A stretch of DNA of 63,929 nucleotides, filler included, from Nemertoderma westbladi (lineage: Eukaryota; Animalia; Xenacoelomorpha), in NCBI GenBank assembly GCA_032718475.1. It is 5 parts of 5 records of this genome, joined end to end, with 100 filler letters (N's around TTAATTAATTAA, not from the genome) between each part and the next. Parts side by side here need not be neighbours in the genome. Positions count along the whole stretch, not along the records: positions 1 to 18,001 come from JAUCBJ010005398.1; positions 18,102 to 34,967 come from JAUCBJ010000561.1; 3 more parts are not named here. One strand, 5' to 3'. The notes beneath the pieces are model-generated. The model worked only from the letters and a program-made list of their open reading frames with translations, was not told the DNA's origin and ran no database searches. Numbering within the stretch: the first letter of the stretch is position 1; each line of letters starts with the position of its first letter. A program made the position numbers and the translations under genes. This document shows, piece after piece, positions 11,380 through 24,118 of the stretch.

Positions 11380-12307
11380 CATTGTCATGTTGATATTGAA
11401 TCGGCTGTTGTGATGGTTGATAATCATGTTGATGCGGTGACTGAACTTGAGGCTGGTATATTTGATGAAGTTGTGGTTGTAGTGGCTTAACTTGAGGCTG
11501 GTATGTTTGATGAAGTTATTGTTGGGGTGGTTGAACTTCTGGCTGGGATGTTTGACAAAATTGTTGAAAATATGGCCATTGTCTAAAGTGATGCTGAGGT
11601 GATATAGAATGTTGTTGATGGTTTAGTGCCCGGTAGTACAATGTTTTCTCATCGAAATATATTTAGCGCAATTAAAACTCCTTATCCATAATCTCCAACT
11701 TATTTCCTTCTTATCTCCAACATCTTTTGGTAGTAATCATGCAGCATCATACGTTTTTTAGTGGATATCCACCGAGGACGGTCATTTAATCTTTCAGATT
11801 TATTAATCAAGACGTCCAGGCTTGTCTGTTGGATGTTGGATGGACCTTGCTCCACCACACACAAACTACCAGTAGTAATCTCCTCACCTGTGTCACTCCC
11901 ATCATCAACCACAACATTTTGCGGTGACCCCGTCTCGACGCCCCCTGGAATACCCATCACCGTTTCAGGCGGCAATTGTCGATACACTATCAACTCGATG
12001 TCGTCACTAAGGATACCTTCAAGGGTTCCTATTTCTTCCTCCCCTCCCCCGGTTCTCCTTATCACCTTTTTTTCACCCCTAATGAAATCTGTGGCCTTCT
12101 TCTTCACCACGGATGTATGGTTTTCCATGTACGGTTTTTTCCACCTACGGCATTTACTTTTCTAATATAATGTAAGCTCTTGCCTTTTTTTCTGAGTAAC
12201 ATCGCTTGAGTGCTTGCTCGTTATAACCTCATTATGCTTGCAAAACCCGTAACTAATGCTGTCATTTCCTCCTGCGAGAAAGCTTCCTTTCTCGTTCGTT
12301 TTGCCAT
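11380..12307 (-). pseudogene. Harbinger Myb/SANT-like DNA-binding protein, degenerate
   Basis: MAKRTRKEAFSQEEMTALV.., ..RRTGGG.., Q/P-rich repeated C-terminus; convergent with the transposase. Confidence 0.8.
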
Positions 12308-12355
12308 CATAAAAATGTGTAACTATAAGCCATGCAGCCGGAACTTTCTAACTAA

Positions 12356-12484
12356 GGCCCCCCCTCACACGGAGCAACTGGTTTCTGAAACTTGTTGCTG
12401 CAACTTGTTTCCGAAACTTGTTTCTATGTGTGAGGAGTCCAGCAACAAGTTTCAAGAAACAAGTTTCTCCGTGTGAGGGGGGCC
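12356..12484. mobile_element. 129-bp palindromic MITE
   Basis: TIRs GGCCCCCCCTCACACGGAG / CTCCGTGTGAGGGGGGCC, flanked by TAA/TTA (or a TA duplication); internal AACTTGTT repeats. Confidence 0.85.
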
Positions 12485-12615
12485 TTACTTGAGGGTTTAG
12501 ATTAGAGTGGGATTAGGGTGGAAATTTCATGTAAATTTTAAATATTTTGTAAAAATATGAATAAATTTTTAATTAGTATTATTGTTCTTCCAAAGCATGC
12601 TAACAATAATTTTAT

Positions 12616-12981
12616 TCATGTGTAGGCGTATATTTTAGAGCAACTTTTAGAGTAACTTTCTCATAACTTGTACAGCAACCCAGGTTGCCTATCAAGTCGC
12701 AAGTAAACACATAAAATAGTTGTCGTAAAAGTTGTTCAACTTTTACGGCAACTTGAAGGAATTTGCGTTGACGAATAATCAAATTAAATTATCAAAAACT
12801 AGCTAGTAGATAAAATGACCCACTATTTTACAGTCAAACTAGCCAAGTTGCTCTAAAAGTTGCCAGCCAAGTTGCGGGTAAAGTTGCCATGTGTAAACAG
12901 CGATTAAATTAAATTGCTCCAAAAAAAGTTGCTAGTTGCTGAGATAGTTGCTCTAAAAGTTGCCCCATGTAAACAGGCCTT
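12616..12981. mobile_element. Degenerate MITE with GCAACTT/AAGTTGC subrepeats
   Basis: Repeated GTTGCTCTAAAAGTTGCC and its inverse; right end CATGTAAACAGGCCTT. Confidence 0.55.
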
Positions 12982-13573
12982 TATGTCCATTTCAGTAATA
13001 TCATTTTTAGCATTAACGGAGCCTTAACGGAAAGCTCACTAACGGAGGCCTAAACACTCGTTCGTGTCGCCCATTATAAGTCCTCCGTTAAGTGCACTTC
13101 CGTTAAACCTCTGTTAACTTTATTTAAAATTAACGGAGCTTCGTGTCGCCCGCCCCAGGGGTGTACTCTGTGATATATTTTTGGTAGGTCCAAAACCAAG
13201 CATTTTAATTGTAGTTAAGCAATATATTATTTAAAAAAATAATATTTTAAATGAAAGCATGGATGACAACCTAAGGCAATACATTCTTTAGCGAATTGTA
13301 ATTTAAAAGAGGAATGTATATTTCGCCAATAAAAAAAAGAAAAAGTAAGTTATCTAAAGAGAGGAATGTATATATTCGCCAATAATTAATTATTTATATC
13401 AATTATAACAACCCCCTATAAGGTGTTAATAATTTGTGACCCGTATCTCTGCTTAAATTAAATCTGTCCTCTGATAACTGTAGACTACTTTATAATGTAG
13501 GCTAATTTATGAGACTCCAATAAGTCTTTATATTCTGTCCACTAGGATAACAGCACCATATCAATGTAACCTG

Positions 13574-14395
13574 GGGCGGGTGACACAAAGCTCCCTTAAT
13601 TTTAAAGTTAATGGAGGTTTAACGGAAGTGCACTTAACGGATAACTCATAATGGGCGACACGAATGAGTATTTAGGCCTCCGTTAGTGAGTTCTCCATTA
13701 AGGCTCTGTTAGTACTAAAAGTGATACTTTCCAAATGATCATAAAATTTCGTACAGGTGAGTGTTGTTGTGGTTGCTTAGGCAACTCTATAATGTTATTG
13801 TTGGAGGAGTGCCGTTTCAAATAGAAACCCTTCCACATCTAAAAAATATTATAGACCAAAGCAGTACATACTACCGCTACAGTTTCATGTTTAAGCAATA
13901 GCACACACAATTAATGTTAAGATCGAGAATGTAACATCATCAAAACAACTAATAGACCATATGTTAGTGCCCGAGTATTGGGTAGGAATCTACTCTATCT
14001 CTCAATGACCTACGACTTCCACCTGGTCATTGGGGAATCGTTCGTAAAATTAGATATCTCGAAGATTGCTGAAAGAGTCTAATAACTGATGAGAAAACTA
14101 AGTTGAACTGTGTTTATAACTGTGATTACACATCTAAGTCCACCCACATCAGCTGTGATGCGCCGCAATGTTTCATTAGAACTACCGACAAATAGGACTT
14201 GAGATTATTGAATGTCACACAGAACGTGAATTCAAGTTCTATACTATGAAAGCTATAAATATAGTTTTTCAGAATGCATTTAGTTATGTAGAATAGAATA
14301 CAAAATATTTCTTAACGGAACCTTAAAGGTGCCTTCTGGCGCATGGTGTAAAATACCTTAATGGAGGATCCTCCGTTAGTGTAATGGAGCTTCGG
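13574..14395 (-). mobile_element. Inverted internal-deletion derivative of Harbinger-1 (non-autonomous)
   Basis: Starts CTG|GGGCGGGTGACACAAAGCTCC (reverse complement of the right end 12990-13155). 14230-14395 is the reverse complement of 3040-3210. Confidence 0.85.
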
Positions 14396-14409
14396 TATAG
14401 TGTAATGTA

Positions 14410-15390
14410 AGTACACATTTCTGTTGAGGTTGATGTACAAAATTATATTAGGTTAACTGGTGCTTTAACTATTTTTCCTGTATTTGGGTTTTGGGCCAAA
14501 TAGAACCGGGCTACCCCATCATAATAACCACAGGCAGCACGGAAGTGCAAAGGGGGGGGGGGGGGGTGGGGTGGGGTGGGGGCGAGATTACAGTACAAAG
14601 TTACAATTTATTTTAACTGAATACCGGAAGTCAGCTAGTCTATCCTGTTTAATACTAAACATTTTGTGAGAACATGTAGAAATATTTGGTATCAGCGCTC
14701 ATCGTTTTGGCATAGGTTTGGGCCTCATTAGGATACTAACATTCATTCCACTTCATCTTTATTTATTTTGACTATTTTGTTTGGGGTGAGTAAGCTTTTA
14801 AACCAAGTTTCAGCTATCAGCATTATTCACAGTCCAGGAGGAGGTGACAAGAAGCTCCATTAGTGCTAATGGCGCCGTTAACTAAAATTGTGAGCGACAC
14901 GAAGCCTCCGTTAAATTAACAGCGACTTTAACTAACAGAAGCCGTCTCAAAGCTCCGTTACACTAACGGAGGACTATCCGTTAAGGTATTTTACACCATG
15001 CGCCAGAATGTACCTTTAAGGTTCCGTTAAGAAATGTTTTGTATTCTACTCTACATAACTACAGTAAATGCATTCTGGAAAACTATTTTTAATAGCTTTC
15101 ATAGTATAACTTAAATTCACATACAGTGTAATTCGTCTGCTCATTATCCAAGTTATATTTGTGTACTTAACTGTGTTTTGGGCACACCACCCCACCCCCC
15201 CCCCCCCCCCCCCAAAAAAAAAAATTTTTTTAATAGCTAGTTTTTGTTACTTTTTCTTTTAAAAATGTTCTAGAACATATTTATTTTTTTATTAATTTTG
15301 TTCTAGAACAAATAATTTTTGTTCTAGAACAAAATTAATTAATTAGGATTTTTTGTTGTTATCAAAGCTAGTTTTGCTTACTTTTTTTTC
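14410..15390. repeat. Second copy of the Harbinger-1 left flank and left end (left TIR starts at 14838)
   Basis: Matches 2781-3490 and retains CAG|GAGGAGGTGACAAGAAGCTCC. Confidence 0.85.
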
Positions 15391-16150
15391 AAATACAAAT
15401 ACAATTTCCAAATACAATATGCAATGCCTTTTCGGGATATCGTTCTCCATCCTGCCATCGGAAATAACTGATTTCGTTCAAAGGGGTAAATGTATCAAAT
15501 ATCTCATCAAGATTTGAAAAGTTTTCACAGTTCAAACACCAACCATCAACACAAACTTCAGAATTTGCATCGCATACGCCAGCTAATAATAGTTCCTCAC
15601 CAGTTTTATGAATAACTCCAACATCAGCTATATGACAACATTTTCTAATTCCACCTTGAAGCATATCTAAGTTTTCGCATTTTATCACAACAACATACAA
15701 TCTCGGCTATGTTTCGTTTAAACTTAATATGTTTAACACAAGCTAAAAGATTAACAAGCTGAGTATATGTAACCTTCTTACCAGACTGCTGTTTAATATT
15801 TTCATTTAGAATACCTTCAATTTCCCTGACAGTCCATAATAAAAACGTTTTATCCTTGTCGACGTAAACAGTTTCCTTCTTTCCTAGACTCATATAAGAG
15901 ATATTGTCTCGTTCCAGGAAGTTTAAGTTTATAACTTTATCAGTTTCAGAGAACGGGGTTGTTCGGCCATTTGGTTCAGTGGAATATTTTGATTTCGGTC
16001 TACAAAACAAACTCTTACGAGATTTGGGGCTAAATCCATTCAGTATGTTTGTTAAATTTGCCTTCTTTTTTGGTATCGACTTAGGCAGTGCACGCTAAAC
16101 TTTCGCATCATACTTCCCTAACGCTTGTCGGGATTGAGGAGTGCTGGGTG
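15389..16150 (-). pseudogene. DNA transposase N-terminal fragment, Sola2-like (partial duplicate at 1-320)
   Basis: FLERDNISYMSLGKKETVYV..LLWTVRE; CCCDK/CENL; VC..C..C..C; YFRW. Pattern recalled from Sola2-type transposases; frameshifted. Confidence 0.5.
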
Positions 16151-18001
16151 TATTTATATTAATTATAATATTCGGTATAATATGTTGGGGAGAGGGCGAG
16201 TGATTTCTACCCAGGAGATATCGCGGCCTCCGAAGCGAAGGTCTGTTCAATTATTCATATCCTATTCACTACTCATATATGTGTACCTCCTCTAGCCTTA
16301 GATCGTTTCCCATAGGCCCTAAAGTTGCAGACTGGCTCATGATAACCATCAATAGAAACACTATCAAGTGGGGTATCTACTGTAAGGAAAAATTCTGAAA
16401 AAGTGAGAATATCGAATTTTTATTTAATATACCCAAAAAATCAGTGGTAGCGGAAAAGATTAGTATTAAGGCTCCTTCAATTTAAATGGAGTACAGAGAA
16501 TGTGGGGTCTGGAAATGGATCACTAAATGAGTCATTAAATTTATTTTCATTATAATAGTCACCCAAAATTAGGATACTATTCAGATTATCATCAGTATTG
16601 ATGGAGCCAAACACACCCTGTCGTGCTCCCATCATCTCAATTGTACTATTCTTTTCAAAATAAAATATATCCGGATCTTCAGTGGGAACTGAGTTAAAGG
16701 GGAATAGGCCAGAGTAGCAAAAATTACAATAATTATATATGGTTTTATTTGGGGCATCAGTGAAGTCTGAAAGATTGAAAAGAGGTCTGCACATATTATA
16801 TATATATATACGCGATATATTTAAATATAGGACATTGAATTTTACATGATTATGATAAACTCGTTGGGGTAGGGCATCAGGCATTAATAGGGGAGTAGGA
16901 TATATTGTATTAGATACCATATATATGAACCATGTTTACTTCTTGCTGATTAGAGGAGCATAGTTAGAACCCGGTCGGAGCTCCTTCTAGAGATGCAGGG
17001 GCTGGCACCAAAGTGAAACTACCGGAGCGAAGTAGATGACCTGATGTGCTGATTAGGTTGGAACCACCACCACCCTCTGGGGAGGGTGGAGGCTGAGCCG
17101 AGCGCGAGGGAGGGGTGGATACAATTCTAGGACCGGGTAGGGCAGATATGCTGCTCACAAAACAGCGCCGGGCTGAATGGGATGAAGGTGCTGATATAGT
17201 GGGGGCTGCGGTTAGCCTGAGAAGACCGGAGTTTGACGAACGCCATCCGAGACCTGAGTGAAAATGTTGCCATTCCGAGTGAAGAAGGAATGGATCTTGT
17301 TTTGGCAGTGAAGCGCTTGTAGAGATCTAAGTAAATTAGCACGGAATCAGGTGTCCCGTAAGACCAATCAGTTTACAGGTCAAGTTTCCATCAACATTAA
17401 AAGTCATGAATTTGGTCTTCGTAGCATTTATATGCAATCCAACCTCCTTCCTTAGCAGCCCTCTCCACTTTATTTTGTAGAAGCTGTGCATCTGCTAGCA
17501 TATTAGAGAGCAGGGCGATGTCATCCGCAAAGTCGGTGTCTGTGACTGTAGTTGCCAGATATCTACTACTTCTGCGTTCTTGAAGTGTGAATCCCAGATC
17601 TTCACCCATTTTGCATTGCCGTCATCATTGCGTAATACAGTACAATTACAAATAGTAAGGGTGCTAATGTGTCACCTTGCAGTACGCCAGCCAGGATTGA
17701 GAAAAACTCAGTTTCACCATCTGGTGAGAGTACCTGTGCTTCTGTGTCACAATATAACAATCCAATACCAGCAACAATTACTTCTGGTATTCCATAAGAT
17801 CTTAGGATTTCAAGCATTTTACCTCTATGGATGGAGTCAAATGCCTTCTTGAAGTCCACAAAAGTCATGACTGCGGGGAGATTCTTTGACTTAATTCCTT
17901 CAATCAGTCTCTGTAGTGCAAGTATCTGAGCTATTGTTGCTCTATTTGGTCGAAATCCGTTTCGGCTCTTACGCAGTAGTTTCTCTATATGAGGCCTAAT
18001 C
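15827..18001. repeat. Copy 2 of the duplication of 1-2175, running into a gap
   Basis: Identical ORF set at offset 15826. Confidence 0.97.
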
Positions 18002-18101
18002 NNNNNNNNNNNNNNNNNNNNNNNNNNNNNNNNNNNNNNNNNNNNTTAATTAATTAANNNNNNNNNNNNNNNNNNNNNNNNNNNNNNNNNNNNNNNNNNN
18101 N
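18002..18101. other. Assembly gap/linker; same structure at 34968-35067, 47961-48060 and 60438-60537
   Basis: 44 N + TTAATTAATTAA (stop codons in all six frames) + 44 N; identical 100-bp structure four times. Confidence 0.97.
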
Positions 18102-18120
18102 AATGATTCTGTTTTGCGTT

Positions 18121-18402
18121 ATAAAGTAAAGTAAAGTAAAAAAAGTAAATTTCTTCGGCCGCTTGGCCAGGGATTACGCACAAAGTCTGATTTCCAGTGC
18201 GGTCCCCCCAGAACTTAACTCCCCAGAGGAAACTCTAGTACTCGTTTAGCTACCACTTAAGGATGCAAAGCATAGATGAGCCCTGGCTGGTCCCTTTAAA
18301 GCATTCGTGCCGAAACAAAAACTGCTCTGGCCCATGTAAGGATCGAAACCACGACCTACAGGAGATGTGAATTCAATGCAACTACTACACCAAGGTGGAA
18401 CC
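18121..18402 (-). mobile_element. tRNA-derived SINE with a Deu/Nin-like central domain
   Basis: A box TGGTGTAGTAG, B box GGTTTCGATCC, central GCTTTGCATCCTTAAGTGGTAGCTAAACGAGTAC, (TTTAC)n tail. Confidence 0.8.
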
Positions 18403-20009
18403 TAATGTGGTTGAGTATTTTAGTCAGCACGGACTCGTCTTCATTACAACTATCATTGCACTCGTTTAATAAGTCTGCGTTCACCGAAATAAATGGGCTG
18501 GTCCAGACCGACCCCAATAAGCTAAACTTGGTGAATGCAATCACTGATCAGCCGACGGCAGCCATCTGATCGGTAGGTTTCTCCTCACGATTGAAGGCAT
18601 TCTCAAGAGGCAGGCCAAGAGATGACATTAAGAGTGGAGCCGCAAAGGGGATGGAACGGCTGATGAAACGAACATATGTGTGAACAGTAAACATCCACTG
18701 GGAAGCAGCACCGAAAACTTGCGCCAATTACGTTTCAACATTCAAGTATTGGTATGGCTGTATGGTATGACGGACTGTTGAATGTCTAGGTACGCCCTAC
18801 AAGTAATAATGACAAGGTTTTAATGTGGTTCATGTTAAGGTTAGGATAAAGGTTCGTGTTATGCGGTCAGACAATTTTAATGATGGGGGTTTTTTCAATT
18901 TTAATGACCGGTTTTTTTAATTTAAATGATAGGGGTTTATTTATGACATATATATATGAGATTACACCTGACTTCCCCTACATGTAGCGGACTATAACTA
19001 TTTTATCTTCCCTTGTTTGAATGTCATGTTTCTTAAAACCATAAAATCGGTAATTCCCCCCCAGCCCCCCCCCCCCCCCCCCCCACCCCACAAGAAACAA
19101 CCAGATAATAGTTTCAAAACATAAACACAACAAAATGTAATATCATGTCTAATAGCACAACAAATTCTAAAAATAATGAACGCTGCAAAAACGTTATATA
19201 CTGTATACCGGTTATGAAAAATTCGAATTTACTGAGTCCTATGAGTGATAGGCACGCTATTTTATGCGGTCAGACAATTTTAATGATGGGGGTTTTCTCA
19301 ACAATTTACATGGGGCAAGTACATTTATTTGCCGGCTTCTCCTTTCACCGCATATCTACTAAGTATATTCTGGCACACAAACAACAAACAACTTGTCTCA
19401 ATTTGTAATATTTACGAACATGTAATGAAACGCCAATTTTGTTATAAAATATTCGGCTTGCGCCAGTTAACAATTTGCCAATGTGGTTATTAAAGGTCTA
19501 CATATCGCCAGGTTAAATGTAAAATGGTTTTAATACGCCCAGAGTAATGTTATGATTCAGTTTTGCGTTATCGTTGTTATGGTTTCATGTAAGGGTTCTG
19601 TTTCAAGATATGGTTATGATTCTTGTAATGCTTTAGATCTCTCAAGGTCACAGTGCAGGTAATGATAGGTCTACCGGTATGGTTTTGTCTATGATTTTGT
19701 TATGGCACACGTTATGGTTCAGATTAACCCTTTGTGTTTGTACCAGTACTTTAAAAAAGGCAGCAGTGAACAATTTGCCAATTTCGTGAATAAAAGATTA
19801 CAAAACGCCAGTATCTACGTAAATTGGTATTAATTCGACAAAAGATTCGATAGCCAATATGATCTTATTGTGGGGTTCTGTTTAGGTTCTGGATACGACA
19901 TGGTTCATTGCCGTATTTTGTCTTGGGGAAATGGTTCCGTTTTGCGTTCTGTGGTTTAGGAGTTTAGTCAGCACAGACTCGTCTTCATTACAACTATCAT
20001 TGCGCTCGT

Positions 20010-21213
20010 TATATAGAAAGATAATTGAAGGGTTATCAAAAAAGAAAGACAGGCATCTGGCTGTTATCTTTGTTGACTTCTTCAAGGCCTTTGCTTCAGT
20101 CTCTCGCTCACGTATGTTCAGCATACTTTCATTATATGGGATTCCTGATGAAATTATTTCAGAAATCAGATCAGTTACGATGGTTCGACAACATTTGTGT
20201 CTACTGTTGACGGTGACACAGAACCATTTGAAGTGTTATGGGGCGTCCTCCAGGGAGACACACTTGCACCATTCTTGTTCATAATTGTTGTTGACTATGT
20301 TCTACGCATGTCCTTAGATCATCATAATGATGATGGGGTGATGATAACTCCACCTACTGGCTCCAGAAGTCGAGGAAATCCTGCCAAGTACCTTTGCTGA
20401 TGACTTAGGAGTACTCTCAGAATCACTAGAGGGAGCCCAACGGCTCCTCAGCTCATTAGAACATACTGCTTCTAGTGTTGGTCTTTTTATTAACTCCAGA
20501 AAGATCAAAATTTTGACAGTTAACTTTGAAAGTCCTCATCAAGTCTCTGATCGGATGAGCATAAGCTCAAAAGATGGTATGCTTGAGCATGTGGATGACC
20601 TCTGTTACCTGGGATCATGGATCCGGAAGTCAGGTGAGGACCTTCAAATACGTAAGGGAAAGGCATGGGCAGCCTTGAATAGGCTTTCCAGGATTTGGAA
20701 GTCAACGAGAATTAATCGGAAACTTAAGGTCCGATTATTTAGAGCAGCAGTAGTTCCAGTACTCCTCTATGGGAGTCCATGCTGGGCTCTAACTGCTGAG
20801 GACACCAAATCTCTGGATGGCACATTTACAAGAATGCTACGCCGGGTTCATTGTGTCAAGTACAATGCACACATCTCCAACCAGACACTATATAACATTG
20901 GAGGTGTCTCTTTGGTTCCCCCAAGCTTGACACTAGAACAAAATCGCCTCCGCTTTGCAGGACATTGCTTTCGCGTGAGGACCAGCCAGTGCATAATCTT
21001 GTACTTTGGCAGCCTCCTGGAGTGAATAAGCATGGTGGACAGCCCATGACTTTCTTGAGACGCATCTTAAAGGACACTGGCCTTGAAGATGCGGATGATC
21101 TAGCAAATGTCATGGGTGATAGGGAGTTGTGGCGGTGCAATTTTGTCGATAAGCCGGCACAGCATTTTTAAAAATGCAGCTGCAATGCAGCATGCCGATC
21201 CTAGTAGTAGTAG
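20010..21213 (+). mobile_element. RTE-clade LINE, family B, 5'-truncated and degenerate
   Basis: FVDFFKAF, GVLQGDTLAPFLF, YLGSWI, PVLLYGS; (TAG)n tail. Confidence 0.9.
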
Positions 21214-22144
21214 GTCGTTATATACGTCTGTTCACCTAAATATATCGTTGATCAGCTGACGGCAGCCAGCTGACCGGTAGGTTTCTCCTCACGAATGAAG
21301 GCATTCTCAAGAGGCCAGGCCAAGAAATGACATTAAGAGTGGAGCCCCAAAGGGGATGGAAAGGCTGATGAAACGAACATATGTGTGAACAGTAAACATC
21401 CACTGGGAAGCAGCACCGAAAACTTGCGCCAATCACGTTTCTGCATTGAAGTATTGGTATGGCTGTATGGTATGACGGACTGTAGAATGTCTAGGTACGA
21501 CCTACAAGTAATAATGAAAAGGTTTTAATGTAGTTCATGTTAAGGTTAGGATAAAGGTTCGGGTTATGTGGTCAGACAATTTTAATGATAGGGGATTTCT
21601 CAACAATTTACATTTATTATATTTTCCGGCTTCTCTGTTTATTGCATTTCTACTAAGTATATTCTGGCACACGAACAACAAGAAACTTGTCTCAATTTGT
21701 AATATTTACGAACATGTAATGAAACGCCAATTTTGTTATAAAATGTTCGGCATGCGCCAGATGCTAAATATGTAAACAATTTGCCAATGAGGTTATTAAA
21801 AGTCTACATATCGCCAGGTTATATGTAAAATGGTTTCAATACCCCCAGAGTAAGGGTATGGTTCAGTTTTGCGTTATCGTTGTTATGGTTTCATGTAAGG
21901 GTTCTTTTTCAAGATATGATTATGATTCGGGTAAGTCTTTAGATCTCTCAAGATCACAGTGCAGCTAATGATACCGGTATGGTTTTGTTATGGTCCATGT
22001 TATGGTTCAGATTAAGGTTTGGGTATTGGTTCAGATTATGTAAATGATGTGGCGTTCTAAACAAATTACTGTACGCTGGGCATTCCTAAATATTACCCGC
22101 AGAATTCTGCTCAGTGAATTTTTTGGTTTCTGACATATAAAAAA

Positions 22145-22675
22145 TACTGCTACTACTACTGCAAGGTCGAGCGAACTCGGACAGTGGAAATGAGATCCTT
22201 CCAGACTTCCGAATTCTCCATAGTTGTCGCAATTTAGTTTCTCCCAAGTTTAGTATCCCTTTCAAGTTGATCTACTGTATATATGTTATGGCCGGTCGTC
22301 CACGATTACGCTTTCCATGAGTTAGTTGTCAGAAAAGTAGATCTGGTATGACCTCGTCTTTACTTCGCCAGAAGTGCCCACTGAATCTTAATCTGCGTTC
22401 ACGGAGGGTGGTTGATACAGGTGGTATTTTACCATAAAGCTCGGCGTTTGTCATTGTGTTGTCTCCAACAACTGCTGTTTAGGGCTGCCCTTAGTAGTCT
22501 TGTGTAGCAACCAACAATTCGTTGTCCAAGTGATTTGGGAGCTACCCAAGCCTTTGCTTTCCTAACTTCTATGTCCTTTTTGCTACTCTCTATCCATGAT
22601 CCAAGGTACTGGAAGTTGTCGACTTTCCTTAGTTGATTATTATCAATGGTTGTCAAGTTTCCATCAACATTAAAG
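22145..22675 (-). mobile_element. RTE LINE 3' fragment (family A-related)
   Basis: KVDNFQYLGSWI..RKAKAW; (TAG)n-like tail; shares GTCAAGTTTCCATCAACATTAAA with 1554. Confidence 0.8.
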
Positions 22676-23540
22676 TGTAAAAATATCATTCAAAATATAA
22701 AAAATAACATGTCTTATTAATTTGTTTTATATGGGAATTTGAATTGAAACGCCAATTTAGATGTAAAATGTTTACTATGTGCCAACTATAAATATGCCAA
22801 TGTGAACAATTTGCCAATTTCGTGAATAAAAGACTACATAACGCCAGTATCTACGTAAAATGGTTTTAATTCGACAAAAATTGTCGATAGCCAATATGTT
22901 CTTATTGTGTGGTTCTGTTTAGGTTCTGGATACGACATGGTTCATTGCCGTATTTTGTCTTGGGGAAATGGTTCCGCTTTGCATGATACGAAAAGATGTG
23001 TGACCAGTAAACATCACTGGGAAGCAGCACCGAAAACCTGCGCCAATCACGTTTCTGCATTGAAGTATTGGTATGGCTATATGGTATGACGGACTGTTCA
23101 ATGTCTAGGTACGCCCTACAAGTAATAATGACAAGGTTTTAATGAGGTTCATGTTAAGATTAGGATAAAGGTTCGTGTTATGCGGTCAGACAATTTTAAT
23201 GATGGGGGTTTTCTCAACAATTTACATGGGACAAGGACATTCATTTACCGGCTTCTCTGTTCATTGCATTTCTACTAAGTATATTCTGGCACACAAACAA
23301 CAAAAAACTTGTCTAAATTTGTAATATTTACTAACATGTAATGAAACGCCAATTTTGTTATAAAATGTTCGGCATGCGCCAGATGCTAAATATGTAAACA
23401 ATTTGCCAATGTGGTTATTAAAAGTCTACATATCGCCAGGTTATATGTAAAATGGCTTCAGTACGCCCAGAGTAATGGTATGGTTAAGTTTTGCGTTTTT
23501 TGGTGTTATGGTTTCATGTTATGGTTCTGTTTCAAGATAT

Positions 23541-24118
23541 CGTCCCTTTCATTTTCAAACAACCTAAATGACAAAAATATATTTTCCTGTAAAACGGCAT
23601 TTTCGATTCTAATTTTGTTTGAAAGTAATATTCCAGGATTTTGGTCTTATTTACTTTTGAATCCATTATATTTAACGATTTTAAACAAAAATCGTTTTGG
23701 TATTGGAATTATGTAACATATTAGGTAGGAAACTATGTATAGGGATATAGGTTGTTTCAAAAAAATTATTACATTTTTGACAATGATTACTCAAAAAGTA
23801 TTAAAACCCTTAAGACAAATTCGATTATTAAGTTTTAAAAATATAAAACAAATCTCCCTCTATCATAATAAACAACAATTCTAGCTCCTGATTCGTTGTT
23901 TCCAATTTTAAATCAACGTTTCGTAAATTTCTTTATCATGCGGTCTATGCAAAACTGGCATATAGGTGGTTTTGAAAAGTTAAATATCTCAGTTATACGT
24001 GGGAGCATGGCATTCTAAGTGTGTTAATCGGATTCAGAACACATTTTAACATAAAGAAATGCAGAAATCACCATTTCGGCAAAAATGGCATATAGGTGGT
24101 TTCAAAATGAAAGGGACG
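23541..24118. mobile_element. Non-autonomous DNA transposon, Sola1-like (578 bp)
   Basis: TIR CGTCCCTTTCATTTT; ATAT duplication on both sides (AWWT type). The empty site CAAGATATGGTT is present in a sister repeat at ~19603. Confidence 0.85.

Larger units (their letters stand above)
2990..13155 (+). mobile_element. PIF/Harbinger DNA transposon (Harbinger-1), disrupted, with nested insertions
   Basis: Split HARBI1-like transposase plus a convergent Myb/SANT ORF. Right TIR ..GGAGCTTCGTGTCGCCCGCCC followed by CAG (13156-13158). A degenerate left TIR preceded by CAG survives in the duplicate at 14835-14858. Subterminal TAACGG/CCGTTA repeats. Confidence 0.88.

Noticed and set aside
18046-18057. 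TTAATTAATTAA palindrome repeated four times in the window
   Set aside because: Always centred in a 100-bp N gap; an artificial six-frame-stop linker, not biology.
18655-18720. CTGATGA..GAAA as a hammerhead ribozyme in the macro-repeat
   Set aside because: No stem II or stem III pairing in the right register, and the core is not conserved in the 24540 copy.
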